DNA of 64,000 bases, from positions 20,657 through 84,656 of the forward strand of contig JAOSKM010000001.1 of the NCBI GenBank assembly GCA_027493625.1, written 5' to 3'. A program made the translations under genes and the position numbers. How positions within the stretch are numbered: position 1 is the first letter of the stretch; every line of letters starts with the position of its first letter. The notes beneath the pieces were generated by a model, which saw nothing but the letters and a program-made list of their open reading frames with translations, was not told where the DNA came from and searched no databases. The DNA comes from Planctomycetota bacterium (GTDB taxonomy: Bacteria; Planctomycetota; UBA8742; UBA2392). Below, piece after piece: positions 54,182-63,100 of this stretch.

Positions 54182-55416
54182 CAGCCGCAGTGGTTGCCTT
54201 CCAGCAGCGCAGGGTCCAGCCCGGCCGGCACGTGCAGGCGCGCGAGGCCGCCTTCGCTGGTTTCACGATAACGCTCCTGCAGGTCTTCGCCCGTAGCCTT
54301 CATCGTTTTCACGACCGTGTCGAAGGGGATCTCATGTTCGCCGTCGCTGAGCAGGGCGTAGTCGGCGCAGTCCACGGCGCGCATGGCGCCCACGGCGTTG
54401 CGCTCGATGCACGGAATCTGCACCAGCCCGGCCACCGGGTCGCAGGTCAACCCGAGATGGTGCTCGATGCCCATCTCGGCCGCGTATTCGATCTGCGCCG
54501 CCGTGCCGCCCATCAACTGCGCCGCCGCCGCCGCCGCCATGCTGCAGGCCGTGCCGACTTCGCCCTGGCAGCCGACCGCCGCGCCGCTGATGCTGGCGTT
54601 GGTCTTGACCAGGTTGCCGACCAGACCGGCCGTGGCCATGGCGCGCAGGATTTTGCGGTCGTCCAGGTTCAGCACTTCCTTTAGGTAGCGCAGTACGGCA
54701 GGCAGCACGCCGCAGGCGCCGCAGGTGGGCGCCGTCACGACCGTGCCGCCGCTGGCGTTCTCTTCGCTGACGGCCAACGCGTAGGCGGTCAGCAGGCCCG
54801 TGCGCTGCAGGGGGCCGGGGCGGCCCTTGGCCTGCTCGAAGTGGCGATGCGCCTTGCGGCGCAGCTTCAGGCTGCCGGGCAGCACGCCGTGGGCTTCAAG
54901 GCCGCGCTCGATGGCCTCCTGCATCTTCTTCCAGCATTCGGACAGGTGGTCCCAGATGCCGGGGCCCTCGCGTTCTTCCACCAGCTTCCAGAGCGGCATG
55001 TTGGTCTCACGCGCCCAGAGCAGGAACTCTTTCATGCTGCGGCGCACGTACAGGTCCGGTGGGGGAGCGCTGCCTTCTTCCTGCAGGGCGCCGCCGCCGA
55101 CGCTGTAGACCTGCCACTCGGCCACGCGTGTGCCCGCGCTGTCGAAGGCTTCCCACAACATGCCGTTGGGGTGCAGGGGCAGGCGCTCGCGCGGCTTCCA
55201 GTCGATCTTGAAGTCACGGCCGGCGAACACCTGCTGGATGGCGACGTCGGTCAGGTGGCCCTTGCCGGTGGCGGCCAGGCTGGCGTACAGGCCGACGCGC
55301 CAGGAGGCGGCGTCAGGCGTGCGCTGCAGGAACATCTCGGCGGCGCGCTTGGGGCCCATGGTGTGGCTGGCGGAGGGGCCTGCGCCGATGCGGTAGAGCT
55401 CGCGAAGTGATTCCAT
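54181..55416 (-). CDS. sdaA: L-serine ammonia-lyase (iron-sulfur dependent, single chain)
   Basis: [22 protein letters not shown] at ATG 55416, [11 protein letters not shown] and [16 protein letters not shown] cluster-ligand motifs, IPCIERNA. Confidence 0.9.
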   Translation of the reverse strand: MESLRELYRIGAGPSASHTMGPKRAAEMFLQRTPDAASWRVGLYASLAATGKGHLTDVAIQQVFAGRDFKIDWKPRERLPLHPNGMLWEAFDSAGTRVAEWQVYSVGGGALQEEGSAPPPDLYVRRSMKEFLLWARETNMPLWKLVEEREGPGIWDHLSECWKKMQEAIERGLEAHGVLPGSLKLRRKAHRHFEQAKGRPGPLQRTGLLTAYALAVSEENASGGTVVTAPTCGACGVLPAVLRYLKEVLNLDDRKILRAMATAGLVGNLVKTNASISGAAVGCQGEVGTACSMAAAAAAQLMGGTAAQIEYAAEMGIEHHLGLTCDPVAGLVQIPCIERNAVGAMRAVDCADYALLSDGEHEIPFDTVVKTMKATGEDLQERYRETSEGGLARLHVPAGLDPALLEGNHCG

Positions 55417-55500
55417 GGATGCAACTCCGGGCGGGTTGCACATGCAACCCCGCCCGGGATCGAAACAGTACGTTTGCGCGCCCCGCCGTCTATGGGGCGG

Positions 55501-55908
55501 CTACTTGGCGGCGGTCACCAGCACCTGTGCCGGGGCGATCTGCGTGCCGGCCGGCATGTTGGCGTTGGCGCCGTTGTGACCGACCATCGAGGTGAGGATC
55601 ATGGCGTTCTTGCCCTCGATCTTCACCTTCATGCTGCCCATCTTGAAGACGCACTTGCCCTTGAAGCAGTTGCTGACCACGCCGCCGCCCGCCGTGCCGG
55701 CTTCGTCCCCGGAGCTCATGGGCACTTCGGAGTTCATGACGGCCGCGGGCATGCCGGACACTTTCGTCTTTGTGCTGCCCTTGGTGAGCTGCATCGACAT
55801 AGCCATGTTGGGGTAGGGGATCGGCACCGGCCCGCCGGGGCTGGGCGTCTTGCACACGTCCGGCGCGCCCAGTGCCTGGCCGCCCTGCTTGGTCACGATT
55901 GGGAACAT
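55501..55908 (-). CDS. DUF4150-type PAAR-like protein (T6SS spike tip) with no effector extension
   Basis: 135 aa with GAPDVCKTPSPGGPVPIPYPNMA, SSGDEAGTAGGVVS and KVKIEGKNAM blocks typical of the PAAR-like DUF4150 family. Last gene of the vgrG operon. Confidence 0.75.
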   Translation of the reverse strand: MFPIVTKQGGQALGAPDVCKTPSPGGPVPIPYPNMAMSMQLTKGSTKTKVSGMPAAVMNSEVPMSSGDEAGTAGGGVVSNCFKGKCVFKMGSMKVKIEGKNAMILTSMVGHNGANANMPAGTQIAPAQVLVTAAK

Positions 55909-55917
55909 GGCTGCCTC

Positions 55918-56436
55918 CTAGCCCAGGTGGATCTGGTTGCCGTCCACGCGCACATCCTTGCGGGCGCGAATCGCCTGGCGCTCGGCGCGCTGGTAGTTCA
56001 TGCCGTCCACCATCGTACGGGCACGGCCGGCGCGCAGCTGCGAGAGTTCTTTGACCCAGCGGAATGCGTTGACGAACTTCTCCGAGACGGTCTTCGCGAT
56101 CAGCTCCAGCTTGCCGGCCCGCACGCGAACACTGGGGGCCTGCAGCTCGATCTCTTCGCCGGCCGTGAACTCGACCTTGCCGCGCGGCGCATGGAACTGC
56201 ACGCCGGCGGGAAAGGCCAGGCGCATGTCGCCCTGGGTCTGCAGTACGCCGATCACGTAGTGGCCGTCGTCCTGGCCGATGGCCAGCACGATGTCGCCCA
56301 CGCGCGGCAGGTAGGGCATGGCCAGGGCGTTCAGTGCCTTGACGGTTTCGCCCTCGACCTGCAGTTCCAGCTCAGCGCCGGTTGCGGCTGTCACGAGAGC
56401 GGGTCCGAGTCGTGTGTTGGCGTCGGTTTTCAGCAT
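55918..56436 (-). CDS. DUF3540-like protein
   Basis: 172 aa. Called mainly from its position between a pentapeptide protein and a DUF4150 protein, which is where I recall DUF3540 genes lying in vgrG islands. Beta-rich sequence. Needs HMM confirmation. Confidence 0.55.
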   Translation of the reverse strand: MLKTDANTRLGPALVTAATGAELELQVEGETVKALNALAMPYLPRVGDIVLAIGQDDGHYVIGVLQTQGDMRLAFPAGVQFHAPRGKVEFTAGEEIELQAPSVRVRAGKLELIAKTVSEKFVNAFRWVKELSQLRAGRARTMVDGMNYQRAERQAIRARKDVRVDGNQIHLG

Positions 56437-56445
56437 GGGGTCTCC

Positions 56446-58368
56446 TTACTTCTTGCCGGCCTGGAACTTTTCTGCCTCGAGCAGTTCCACATCGGTTCGT
56501 TTCACCTGCTTCTGGTTTGCGCCCTTGAAGTTAGCGCCTTCTTCAATGGAGCCGTGAAGGTTGGCGCCCAGCAGGTCCGCGCCGGAGAAGTCAGCGAGCT
56601 CGAGGCGCGCGTGCGTCAGCAGCGCGTAGTGCAGCCGGGCGTCCTGGAAGCGCGCCTTGCGGGCGTCGGCGCCGTCGAAGATGGTTTCGCGCAAATCGCA
56701 GTTGTCGAAGTTCGCGCCCTGCAGCTTCGCGCCGGCGAACGCCGCCATGTGAAGCATGGCGCCGGCGCAGACCGCCTCTGACAGATCGGCCCCGCTGAAG
56801 TCGGCTGCCATCGCCCCGGCGCCCGCCAACCGGGCCTTGGACAGCTTTGCCCGTGTGAAGGCGGACTGGGTCAGCTCACAGCCGGAAAGGTCGGCGCCTG
56901 ACAGGTCGGCGTCGGCGAAGTCGCACATCACGAAGCGCGTGCCCGCCAGGTTCAGGCCCTGCAGGTTGCCGCGCAGGAACTCGGTTTTTTCGAAGCTGGC
57001 GCCCGCGATCCGCACATCTTTGAAGTCAATGTCGAGGAAGCTGACGCCGACCACGGTGGCGTTGCCGAACTCCGCGCCGCGCAACACGGCGTCGCGAAGA
57101 TCGCACCCGACCAGGCGGGCGCGGCCGAACGAAGCGTCGGAAAGGTCGGCCGCGGCCAGGGTTGCTTTTTCCAGGTCCGCGCCGCTGAAATCCGCGCCAT
57201 TGGCGCGGGCCTCATCAAGCACGGCGCCTTGCAGGTTTGCCCCGTTGAACCTGGCGCTGGAGAGGTCCGCCTGCAGGAACTCGCAGCCGTGCAGGTCGCG
57301 CTCGCGCAGATCGAAACCCTTCAGGTCCACCTCAACGAAGCGGGCGCCCGACAGTTGGGCATCCGCCAGCTTGGCACCCTTCAGGATGGCGCGGTCAAAG
57401 ATTGCGCCTCGCAGGTCGCAGCCGCTGAAGTCGTGGCCGCTCAGGTCGCAACCTTCGAAGTCCGCCTGCTCAAACGCGGCGCCGGCCAGCTTTGCACCCG
57501 CGAAGACTGCCTCGCTGAACCCGCTGCGGCCGAACCGGCCATCCTTGAACACCGCGGCGTCCAGCCGTGCCTGGCTGAAGTCCACGCCCTCGGCGGTCAC
57601 TCCGGAAAGCGTTGCGCCCGTGAAGTCCGCGCCCGTAAAACTGCTGTCCGGCCGGAACTCTGCGTTGGAAAGGTTCAGGCCGTTGAACCTGGAGCCATCG
57701 AACGCTCCTTCGAAAATGGCCGGCGCGGATTTGGTCTCGCTGAAGTCGTTGTCGCCGGCGGAAACCACGTGCAGGCGGCCGCCGTCGAATTCCGCACCCG
57801 GGAACGAGCATTCCACCAGGACCATTTCCTGCAGCGTCGCGCCATGGAAGCGCGGCGCGTCGAAGCGGCACAGCAGGAACGAGGCCCCGGTGAAGTCCGC
57901 CTGGCTGAAGTCGCACGAGTCATAGGTGGTTGATCGGCCGTTGAAGGCAGAGAGCTTAGCCGCCTTGAAGCTGGAGCCCGAGAGCGGCGACTGAACCATC
58001 GCGGCGCCGGACAGGTCGGCTGATTCGAAGTCCGTGGCTTCGCCGGGGCTGTTCAGCAGGGTTGCTTCGGACAGGTCGGCATCACTGAAGCGCGTGCGGT
58101 TGAGCGTGCATCCCACGAACCGCGCGCCGCGCAGCTTCGCGCCAAGCAGTTCCGCGCCGTCGAGGTTACAGCCTTCGAACGTCGAGTTCGAAAGATCCGC
58201 GGCAGCGAGCTTTGCGCCGGCAAAACTGACACCCGAGAACACGGAGCCGGAGAGGTTAAGTCCCGTGAACTCGCGGTTGCCGAGATTGGCGCCGACCAGG
58301 CTGACGCCCGCCAGCTCGCCCTGCTGCTGCAACCTGCCGATGAATTGCTGTTCGTTCAGTGTCTGCAT
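56446..58368 (-). CDS. Pentapeptide-repeat protein, 640 aa, repeats nearly end to end
   Basis: Continuous A(D/N)LxG-type pentads (ANLGNREFTGLNLSGSVFSGVSFAGAKLAAADLSNSTFEGCNLDGAEL ...). Confidence 0.85.
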   Translation of the reverse strand: MQTLNEQQFIGRLQQQGELAGVSLVGANLGNREFTGLNLSGSVFSGVSFAGAKLAAADLSNSTFEGCNLDGAELLGAKLRGARFVGCTLNRTRFSDADLSEATLLNSPGEATDFESADLSGAAMVQSPLSGSSFKAAKLSAFNGRSTTYDSCDFSQADFTGASFLLCRFDAPRFHGATLQEMVLVECSFPGAEFDGGRLHVVSAGDNDFSETKSAPAIFEGAFDGSRFNGLNLSNAEFRPDSSFTGADFTGATLSGVTAEGVDFSQARLDAAVFKDGRFGRSGFSEAVFAGAKLAGAAFEQADFEGCDLSGHDFSGCDLRGAIFDRAILKGAKLADAQLSGARFVEVDLKGFDLRERDLHGCEFLQADLSSARFNGANLQGAVLDEARANGADFSGADLEKATLAAADLSDASFGRARLVGCDLRDAVLRGAEFGNATVVGVSFLDIDFKDVRIAGASFEKTEFLRGNLQGLNLAGTRFVMCDFADADLSGADLSGCELTQSAFTRAKLSKARLAGAGAMAADFSGADLSEAVCAGAMLHMAAFAGAKLQGANFDNCDLRETIFDGADARKARFQDARLHYALLTHARLELADFSGADLLGANLHGSIEEGANFKGANQKQVKRTDVELLEAEKFQAGKK

Positions 58369-58370
58369 GT

Positions 58371-60683
58371 TCAGGCCAGCTTGGTGTTGCGCAGGTTCGC
58401 GCCCTCGAAGTTTGTTCCCTCGGTTACGGCTTCCATCAGCTCGGCCTCGTAGAAATTGGAGGCCACCAGCGACGCGCCGGACAGGTCCGCCTGCTCCAGC
58501 AGCGCCTGGAAGAAGTTGGCGTCGCCGCCCTGGGCGTCGCGCAGGTTCGCCTTGCGCAGCATGGCGCCCGCCAGGTCGCAGGCGTAGAGGCGCGCCCCGC
58601 TGAGGTCACAGTGGGGGAACTGCGCGCCGCTGAGCTTTGATTCGCCGAAATCGGCGCCCTTGGCAGACACACCGTCCCAGACCGACTGCTCGCCCTTGAT
58701 GCCGGGCAGCTTCGCAGCGTCGAACACGCTCTTCATGCCGGCGCGGAAGTTGCTCATGTCCGCGCCCGTGAAGTCTGCGCCGGAGGCATCGCAACTGTCC
58801 ATCGAGGTGCCGGCCAGGCTTGCGCTATTGAACAGCGCGCCGGCCAGCTTGCACTGGAAGAACACCGAGCCTTTCAAGTCAGCGCCGGCAAAGTCCGCGC
58901 CGCTGAAGTCCACCATGTCGAAGTCCACACCCGCGGCCTTTGCGTCTTTCAGGCGGGCGCCCGCGGCGCCGGCGTTGGCGAAGCCGGCGTCCTCGAGGTT
59001 CGCGCCGGTCAGGTCGGCCGAGGCCAGCTTCGCGTCCGTGAAGTCCGCGCCGGTCAGGTCCGCGCCGTCCAGCGCGGCTTCCGAAAGGTCGGCGCCCGTG
59101 AAGTTCGCGTGCGCCAGGTTCGCGCCGCTGAGCTTCGTGCCTTTCAGGTTGGCCCCGCGGAACACCGCCTCGCGCAGGTCTGCGCCGGACAGGTCTTCGC
59201 CCGAAAGGTCCGCGTTGCTGAAGTCGCCGCCCTGCGCCTCGCCGGACTTCGCCATGGCGACAGCGCCCTGTTTGCTTGCAGGTGCGGGCTCTTCGGCTGA
59301 GCCTTCCTTGGCCGCCTGGTCCATCAGCTGCTTGAAGGCGGGGTCGTTCGTTTTCGCGATCAGGGCCTTGAGCTGCGCTGCCGCTTCTTTTGGCGCCTTC
59401 AGGGCCTGGTCGCCGGCTTCTTTCACCAGCCGCGCGATGCTGCCTGACAGCAGCGCCGGGATCTGCGCCGGCTGCACCGGCGGAGCGCTCGCCGCCTGCG
59501 ACATCGCCTGGCTGACCACGCCTTGCACCGCCGACTTCATGAACGCGGCGCCCTTCTGTTGCAGGGCTTCGACTTCCTTTTCCGTGGCGGCGACATCGGC
59601 GTTGAACTCGGCAAGCGCCTGTTCCTGGCTTTGGGGTGCTTCGGTTTCCGCGGCGACCTCCTCTTCATCAAGCGGGTCCGCGAACAGGGGCAGCAGTTCG
59701 CTGACGTCGGCCGGCGTGCTCGCCAGCGGCTCGCTGATCACCAGCAGGTCGCGGCAGGCGCTCCATTCGTCGTCGCCGACGTTGTGGATGCCGCGCCAGG
59801 TGAGGTAGAGCTCTTCTTTCTCGGCGTCGATGAACAGGGTATCCAGGTTCATCTGCACTTCGCGCGGCGCAAGCTCGTCGCCCTCGCGCGCGATGCAGCG
59901 CACGCGCAGGCGCGGCAGTTGCAGCTGCAGTACCGGGTGCCGCGGATGCATGTTCAACAGTTCCACGCGCTCGTCACCGCGCAGAAAGCTGTCCAGTTGC
60001 TGGTCTTCGGGGGCGGCGTTGAAGTGGGTCCAGTCGAAGTCCTTGGCAAAGGCCGGGAAGCGCTCTTTCAGCCACTTCTTGTCATAGGTGCCCATCTTGG
60101 ACGCGCGTTGCTTCCAGGTGCGGTCGATGGGGCCGAAGCTTGCGGGGGTCGGCTGGTTACCCGCGCTCTTGACCAGCTCGTCGGGGTACTCGACGTTCGG
60201 CAGCAGGCCGTCCTTGCGGCCCTTGCCGGCGGGGTTCAGCGCGAACTTCTCGCCGCCGAACGCGTTGGCCCAGGTCAGGTCCACGCGGGTGAAGGGCTCG
60301 GGGTCGCTCATCTTGCTGAACACCAGGCCCTTGTCCCAGTGCCGGTTGCCGATCACCGCCAGCTCTTTCGACCAGCCGCCCACGCTGAACTTCACCGTGC
60401 AGGCCGTGACGCCTTTCTGGCCGGGCGTGTGGCAGGCCGCGCGCAGCAGCAGGTCGGCTTTCGGCTTGAACTGCGCGAAGTCGGCGGGGTACAGGCACTC
60501 CGGGCGCTCGGCGGCGCTGGGCACGTCGCCTTCGAACTGGATGGGCCCGGGCAAGGGTTCCAGGTTCGCGCCGTGCACGAGCCGGAAACCCGCCTTCACG
60601 ATCAGCGTCGTGGTGTGGCTGGGGAAGTTGACCCGGCCCATGATGTTCGCGAAGGCGAACGGTGTTTTGTTGAAGATCTGCAC
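58371..60683 (-). CDS. DUF2169 domain protein fused to a C-terminal pentapeptide-repeat region
   Basis: The N-terminal ~330 aa are DUF2169-like (MQIFNKTPFAFANIMGRVNFPSHTTTLIVKAGF..., PASFGPIDRTWKQRASKMGTYDKKWLKERFPAFAKDFDWTHFNAAP, DTLFIDAEKEELYLTWRG). An Ala/Glu linker follows. From about residue 470 come pentads (FSNADLSGEDLSGADLREAVFRGANLKGTKLSGANL...). Confidence 0.85.
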   Translation of the reverse strand: MQIFNKTPFAFANIMGRVNFPSHTTTLIVKAGFRLVHGANLEPLPGPIQFEGDVPSAAERPECLYPADFAQFKPKADLLLRAACHTPGQKGVTACTVKFSVGGWSKELAVIGNRHWDKGLVFSKMSDPEPFTRVDLTWANAFGGEKFALNPAGKGRKDGLLPNVEYPDELVKSAGNQPTPASFGPIDRTWKQRASKMGTYDKKWLKERFPAFAKDFDWTHFNAAPEDQQLDSFLRGDERVELLNMHPRHPVLQLQLPRLRVRCIAREGDELAPREVQMNLDTLFIDAEKEELYLTWRGIHNVGDDEWSACRDLLVISEPLASTPADVSELLPLFADPLDEEEVAAETEAPQSQEQALAEFNADVAATEKEVEALQQKGAAFMKSAVQGVVSQAMSQAASAPPVQPAQIPALLSGSIARLVKEAGDQALKAPKEAAAQLKALIAKTNDPAFKQLMDQAAKEGSAEEPAPASKQGAVAMAKSGEAQGGDFSNADLSGEDLSGADLREAVFRGANLKGTKLSGANLAHANFTGADLSEAALDGADLTGADFTDAKLASADLTGANLEDAGFANAGAAGARLKDAKAAGVDFDMVDFSGADFAGADLKGSVFFQCKLAGALFNSASLAGTSMDSCDASGADFTGADMSNFRAGMKSVFDAAKLPGIKGEQSVWDGVSAKGADFGESKLSGAQFPHCDLSGARLYACDLAGAMLRKANLRDAQGGDANFFQALLEQADLSGASLVASNFYEAELMEAVTEGTNFEGANLRNTKLA

Positions 60684-60692
60684 GTCCGTTCC

Positions 60693-63050
60693 CTAGTTGT
60701 TCGCGTTCTGGCCGCCCTTGAACTCGCCCTTGGCAGAGCCTTCCATTTTCATCACCGTCGCCTTGCCGGTCATCTTCGCCGCCGAGAGCTCAAGCGACGT
60801 GCCGGCCACCTTCAGCACGATCTTGTTGGGGCTGAGCGTGATGCTGCTGGCGCCGCACTCCAGCGTCAGGTGCTGGCCGCCGGAAATGCTGACGTCGTCG
60901 CCCAGGGATTTCAGCTTCAGCTTTCCGACCGTCTGGATATCGCCGGCCTCGACGGCTTTGATTTCAACCTTTTTCGGCGTGATTGCTTTCCAGCCGGCCG
61001 CGATCAGGTCGATCTTCTTGGCCTTGATGCTCTCTGATTTCAAGCCTCCAAGCACCTTGATTTCGGCGCCGGCGATCGTTTCGAACTTGATGCCCGCCAC
61101 CACCTTGTTGTCGTCCACCACGGCAATGGTGTTCTTCATGCCTACGTGGCCCTTGGTGGACACGCCGTAGGTCCAGTCCTTCTTCTCGCCGCGGACTTCC
61201 TTCACCTCGTTGCCGCCGACCGTCAGGTTGTAGTTGGTGACGATGTTTTCGTTCTTGATGGCGCCGACATGGATGTTGTAGTTGGCCGAGCACTCCAGGT
61301 TCACGTTCGCGCCGGTCGAGAAGATGTTCACGTCGCCGCTGGTGCTGATGTAGATGCCGTCGGCGCTGGTCACCTTGGCGCCGCCAGGCTCGCCCTGGCT
61401 CTTGCCCATGCGGATGATCGCGCCGGTCACGCTGCAGTTGATCGAGATCGCCTCGCTGCCGCCGGTGGCGTCCATCTTCAGCGAGTTCTTCTGGTCGGTG
61501 GTGAAAATCTTGATGCCGCCGGCACCCTGGGTGTCGTCCAGGATCACCTCGTGGCCGGCCGGCGTGTGCAGGCGGTTCTCGACCACGTTGTTGTTGTTGA
61601 CCACCGAGACGTTCTTCTCGTTGAAGATGCTGGCTGAGATGATGGGGCGGTCGGGGTCGCCATCGACGTGGATGATCAGCACCTCCGCGCCCTTCAGCAG
61701 CGGGAAGTGCATGCCCTGGCCGGGGCCGGCGTAATTCTCGGCCTTGCGCACCCAGCGCGACGCGCTGCCGGGCTGGGCGTCGCCGCGATCGAGCGGCAGC
61801 TTGACCTTGTAGCGGCCCTTGTCGTCGATCTGGGCGTAGGGTGTGGAATCGTCGCCGCCGTCGATGATGCCGTGCATCACGCCCTTGATGCTGGGCCAGG
61901 GCGTGTTGCTGGCCGGGCGGAACTGCTTGCTCTTGGGGATGGCGAGGAAGCTGTTCTCGTAGGTCGCGCCCGAGGCCTGGCCGCTGTCCAGCGAGATGGA
62001 CTGGCTGGCGGCGTGGGAAACCTCGACCAGCAGGTACTCCTGGTTGAACTCCTTGTTGAAGTGCTCTTTCAGCTCGAACACCATGCCGGCGCGGAAGCCG
62101 CGAACGTCGGAGATGCCGCGGAACAGCTTCTCGCGGGCGTTGATTTCCTCGGCGCGCACCTTGGCCAGCTTCTTGCCCTGGTCGGTGGTCTGGTAGTGGT
62201 TGTTGTACTCGTAGACGGTGCCCTTGCCGTCTGCGCTGACCTGCTCGGTGCATTCCAGCCTGGTGTCCGGGTCGCGCCAGTTGTAGTCGTTCAGCACCAC
62301 TTCCTTGGGCAGCTGGTTGACGGTGCAGGAGAGCAGGCTGACGACTTCTTCATTGAACCAGTCGTCGCCGGCTTCCTCGGAGTCGTCGCCCTCGACGCGG
62401 CCTTTGCCGGACGTGCGGGGGCGGTAGGCGTAGGCCTCGTTGCTCTGGAGCGCGCCGTAGCCCTCGGGCGTGTCGGCCAGCACCAGCTTCTCGTGGGATT
62501 CATCCTGCACGAAGTAGTAGAAAATGCCCTCGTGCTCGAGCCAGCGGTGGACGAAGTCGAGGTCAGACTCCTCGTACTGCACGATGTATTCGCGCTTGTC
62601 GTAGCTGCCCAGTTTGCCGGTGTCGATCTCGATTTCGTGGTCGTCGCAGATCTTCTTGACCATGTCGGGAACGGTGATGTCCTGGAAGATGCGGCTCTGG
62701 TGGGCCAGCGCCAGGCGCTTCAACTTGGGCACCAGAACGGCGCGGTACTTCACCAGGGCCATTTCTTTGCCCACCTGCTCGAAGCTTTCGATCACGCCGT
62801 GGATCTTGAGCGTGGTGCTGGCGCGCTTGTTGCTGCCGGCCAGCTGCACGCCCTGCTTGATGCCGATCCAGGCCGGCTTGCGGATCAGCTCGGCGAAGTC
62901 GATGTCCGCCTTCTCCGAGACCAGCTCGAGGTGGAACTCGTAGGGCTTGTTGATGGCTTCGCTGCCCGCAAGCTCGCTCACCATCAGGTCGCCGTCGTCC
63001 ACGGCGTCCGAGTGGAACTGCATCACCTGGCTGATCGCGATCTCTGGCAT
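60693..63050 (-). CDS. vgrG: Type VI secretion spike protein VgrG (TssI)
   Basis: 785 aa with gp27-like N-terminus (SELAGSEAINKPYEFHLELVS, YIVQYEESDLDFVHRWLEHEGIFYYF), gp5 OB/beta-helix (GMHFPLLKGAEVLIIHVDGDPDRPIISASIFN) and a repetitive beta-helical C-terminus. No enzymatic extension. Confidence 0.95.
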   Translation of the reverse strand: MPEIAISQVMQFHSDAVDDGDLMVSELAGSEAINKPYEFHLELVSEKADIDFAELIRKPAWIGIKQGVQLAGSNKRASTTLKIHGVIESFEQVGKEMALVKYRAVLVPKLKRLALAHQSRIFQDITVPDMVKKICDDHEIEIDTGKLGSYDKREYIVQYEESDLDFVHRWLEHEGIFYYFVQDESHEKLVLADTPEGYGALQSNEAYAYRPRTSGKGRVEGDDSEEAGDDWFNEEVVSLLSCTVNQLPKEVVLNDYNWRDPDTRLECTEQVSADGKGTVYEYNNHYQTTDQGKKLAKVRAEEINAREKLFRGISDVRGFRAGMVFELKEHFNKEFNQEYLLVEVSHAASQSISLDSGQASGATYENSFLAIPKSKQFRPASNTPWPSIKGVMHGIIDGGDDSTPYAQIDDKGRYKVKLPLDRGDAQPGSASRWVRKAENYAGPGQGMHFPLLKGAEVLIIHVDGDPDRPIISASIFNEKNVSVVNNNNVVENRLHTPAGHEVILDDTQGAGGIKIFTTDQKNSLKMDATGGSEAISINCSVTGAIIRMGKSQGEPGGAKVTSADGIYISTSGDVNIFSTGANVNLECSANYNIHVGAIKNENIVTNYNLTVGGNEVKEVRGEKKDWTYGVSTKGHVGMKNTIAVVDDNKVVAGIKFETIAGAEIKVLGGLKSESIKAKKIDLIAAGWKAITPKKVEIKAVEAGDIQTVGKLKLKSLGDDVSISGGQHLTLECGASSITLSPNKIVLKVAGTSLELSAAKMTGKATVMKMEGSAKGEFKGGQNANN

Positions 63051-63100
63051 GGCTCGGTCCTCTCTTCATTCCCTTCGTGAGCGACGGCGGGTCGAAGCGG

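Noticed and set aside
56446-59280. Periodic DNA in the pentapeptide genes as a non-coding tandem repeat or minisatellite.
   Set aside because: The periodicity is at the protein level (15-nt pentads with degenerate codons) inside long intact ORFs with tight operon spacing.
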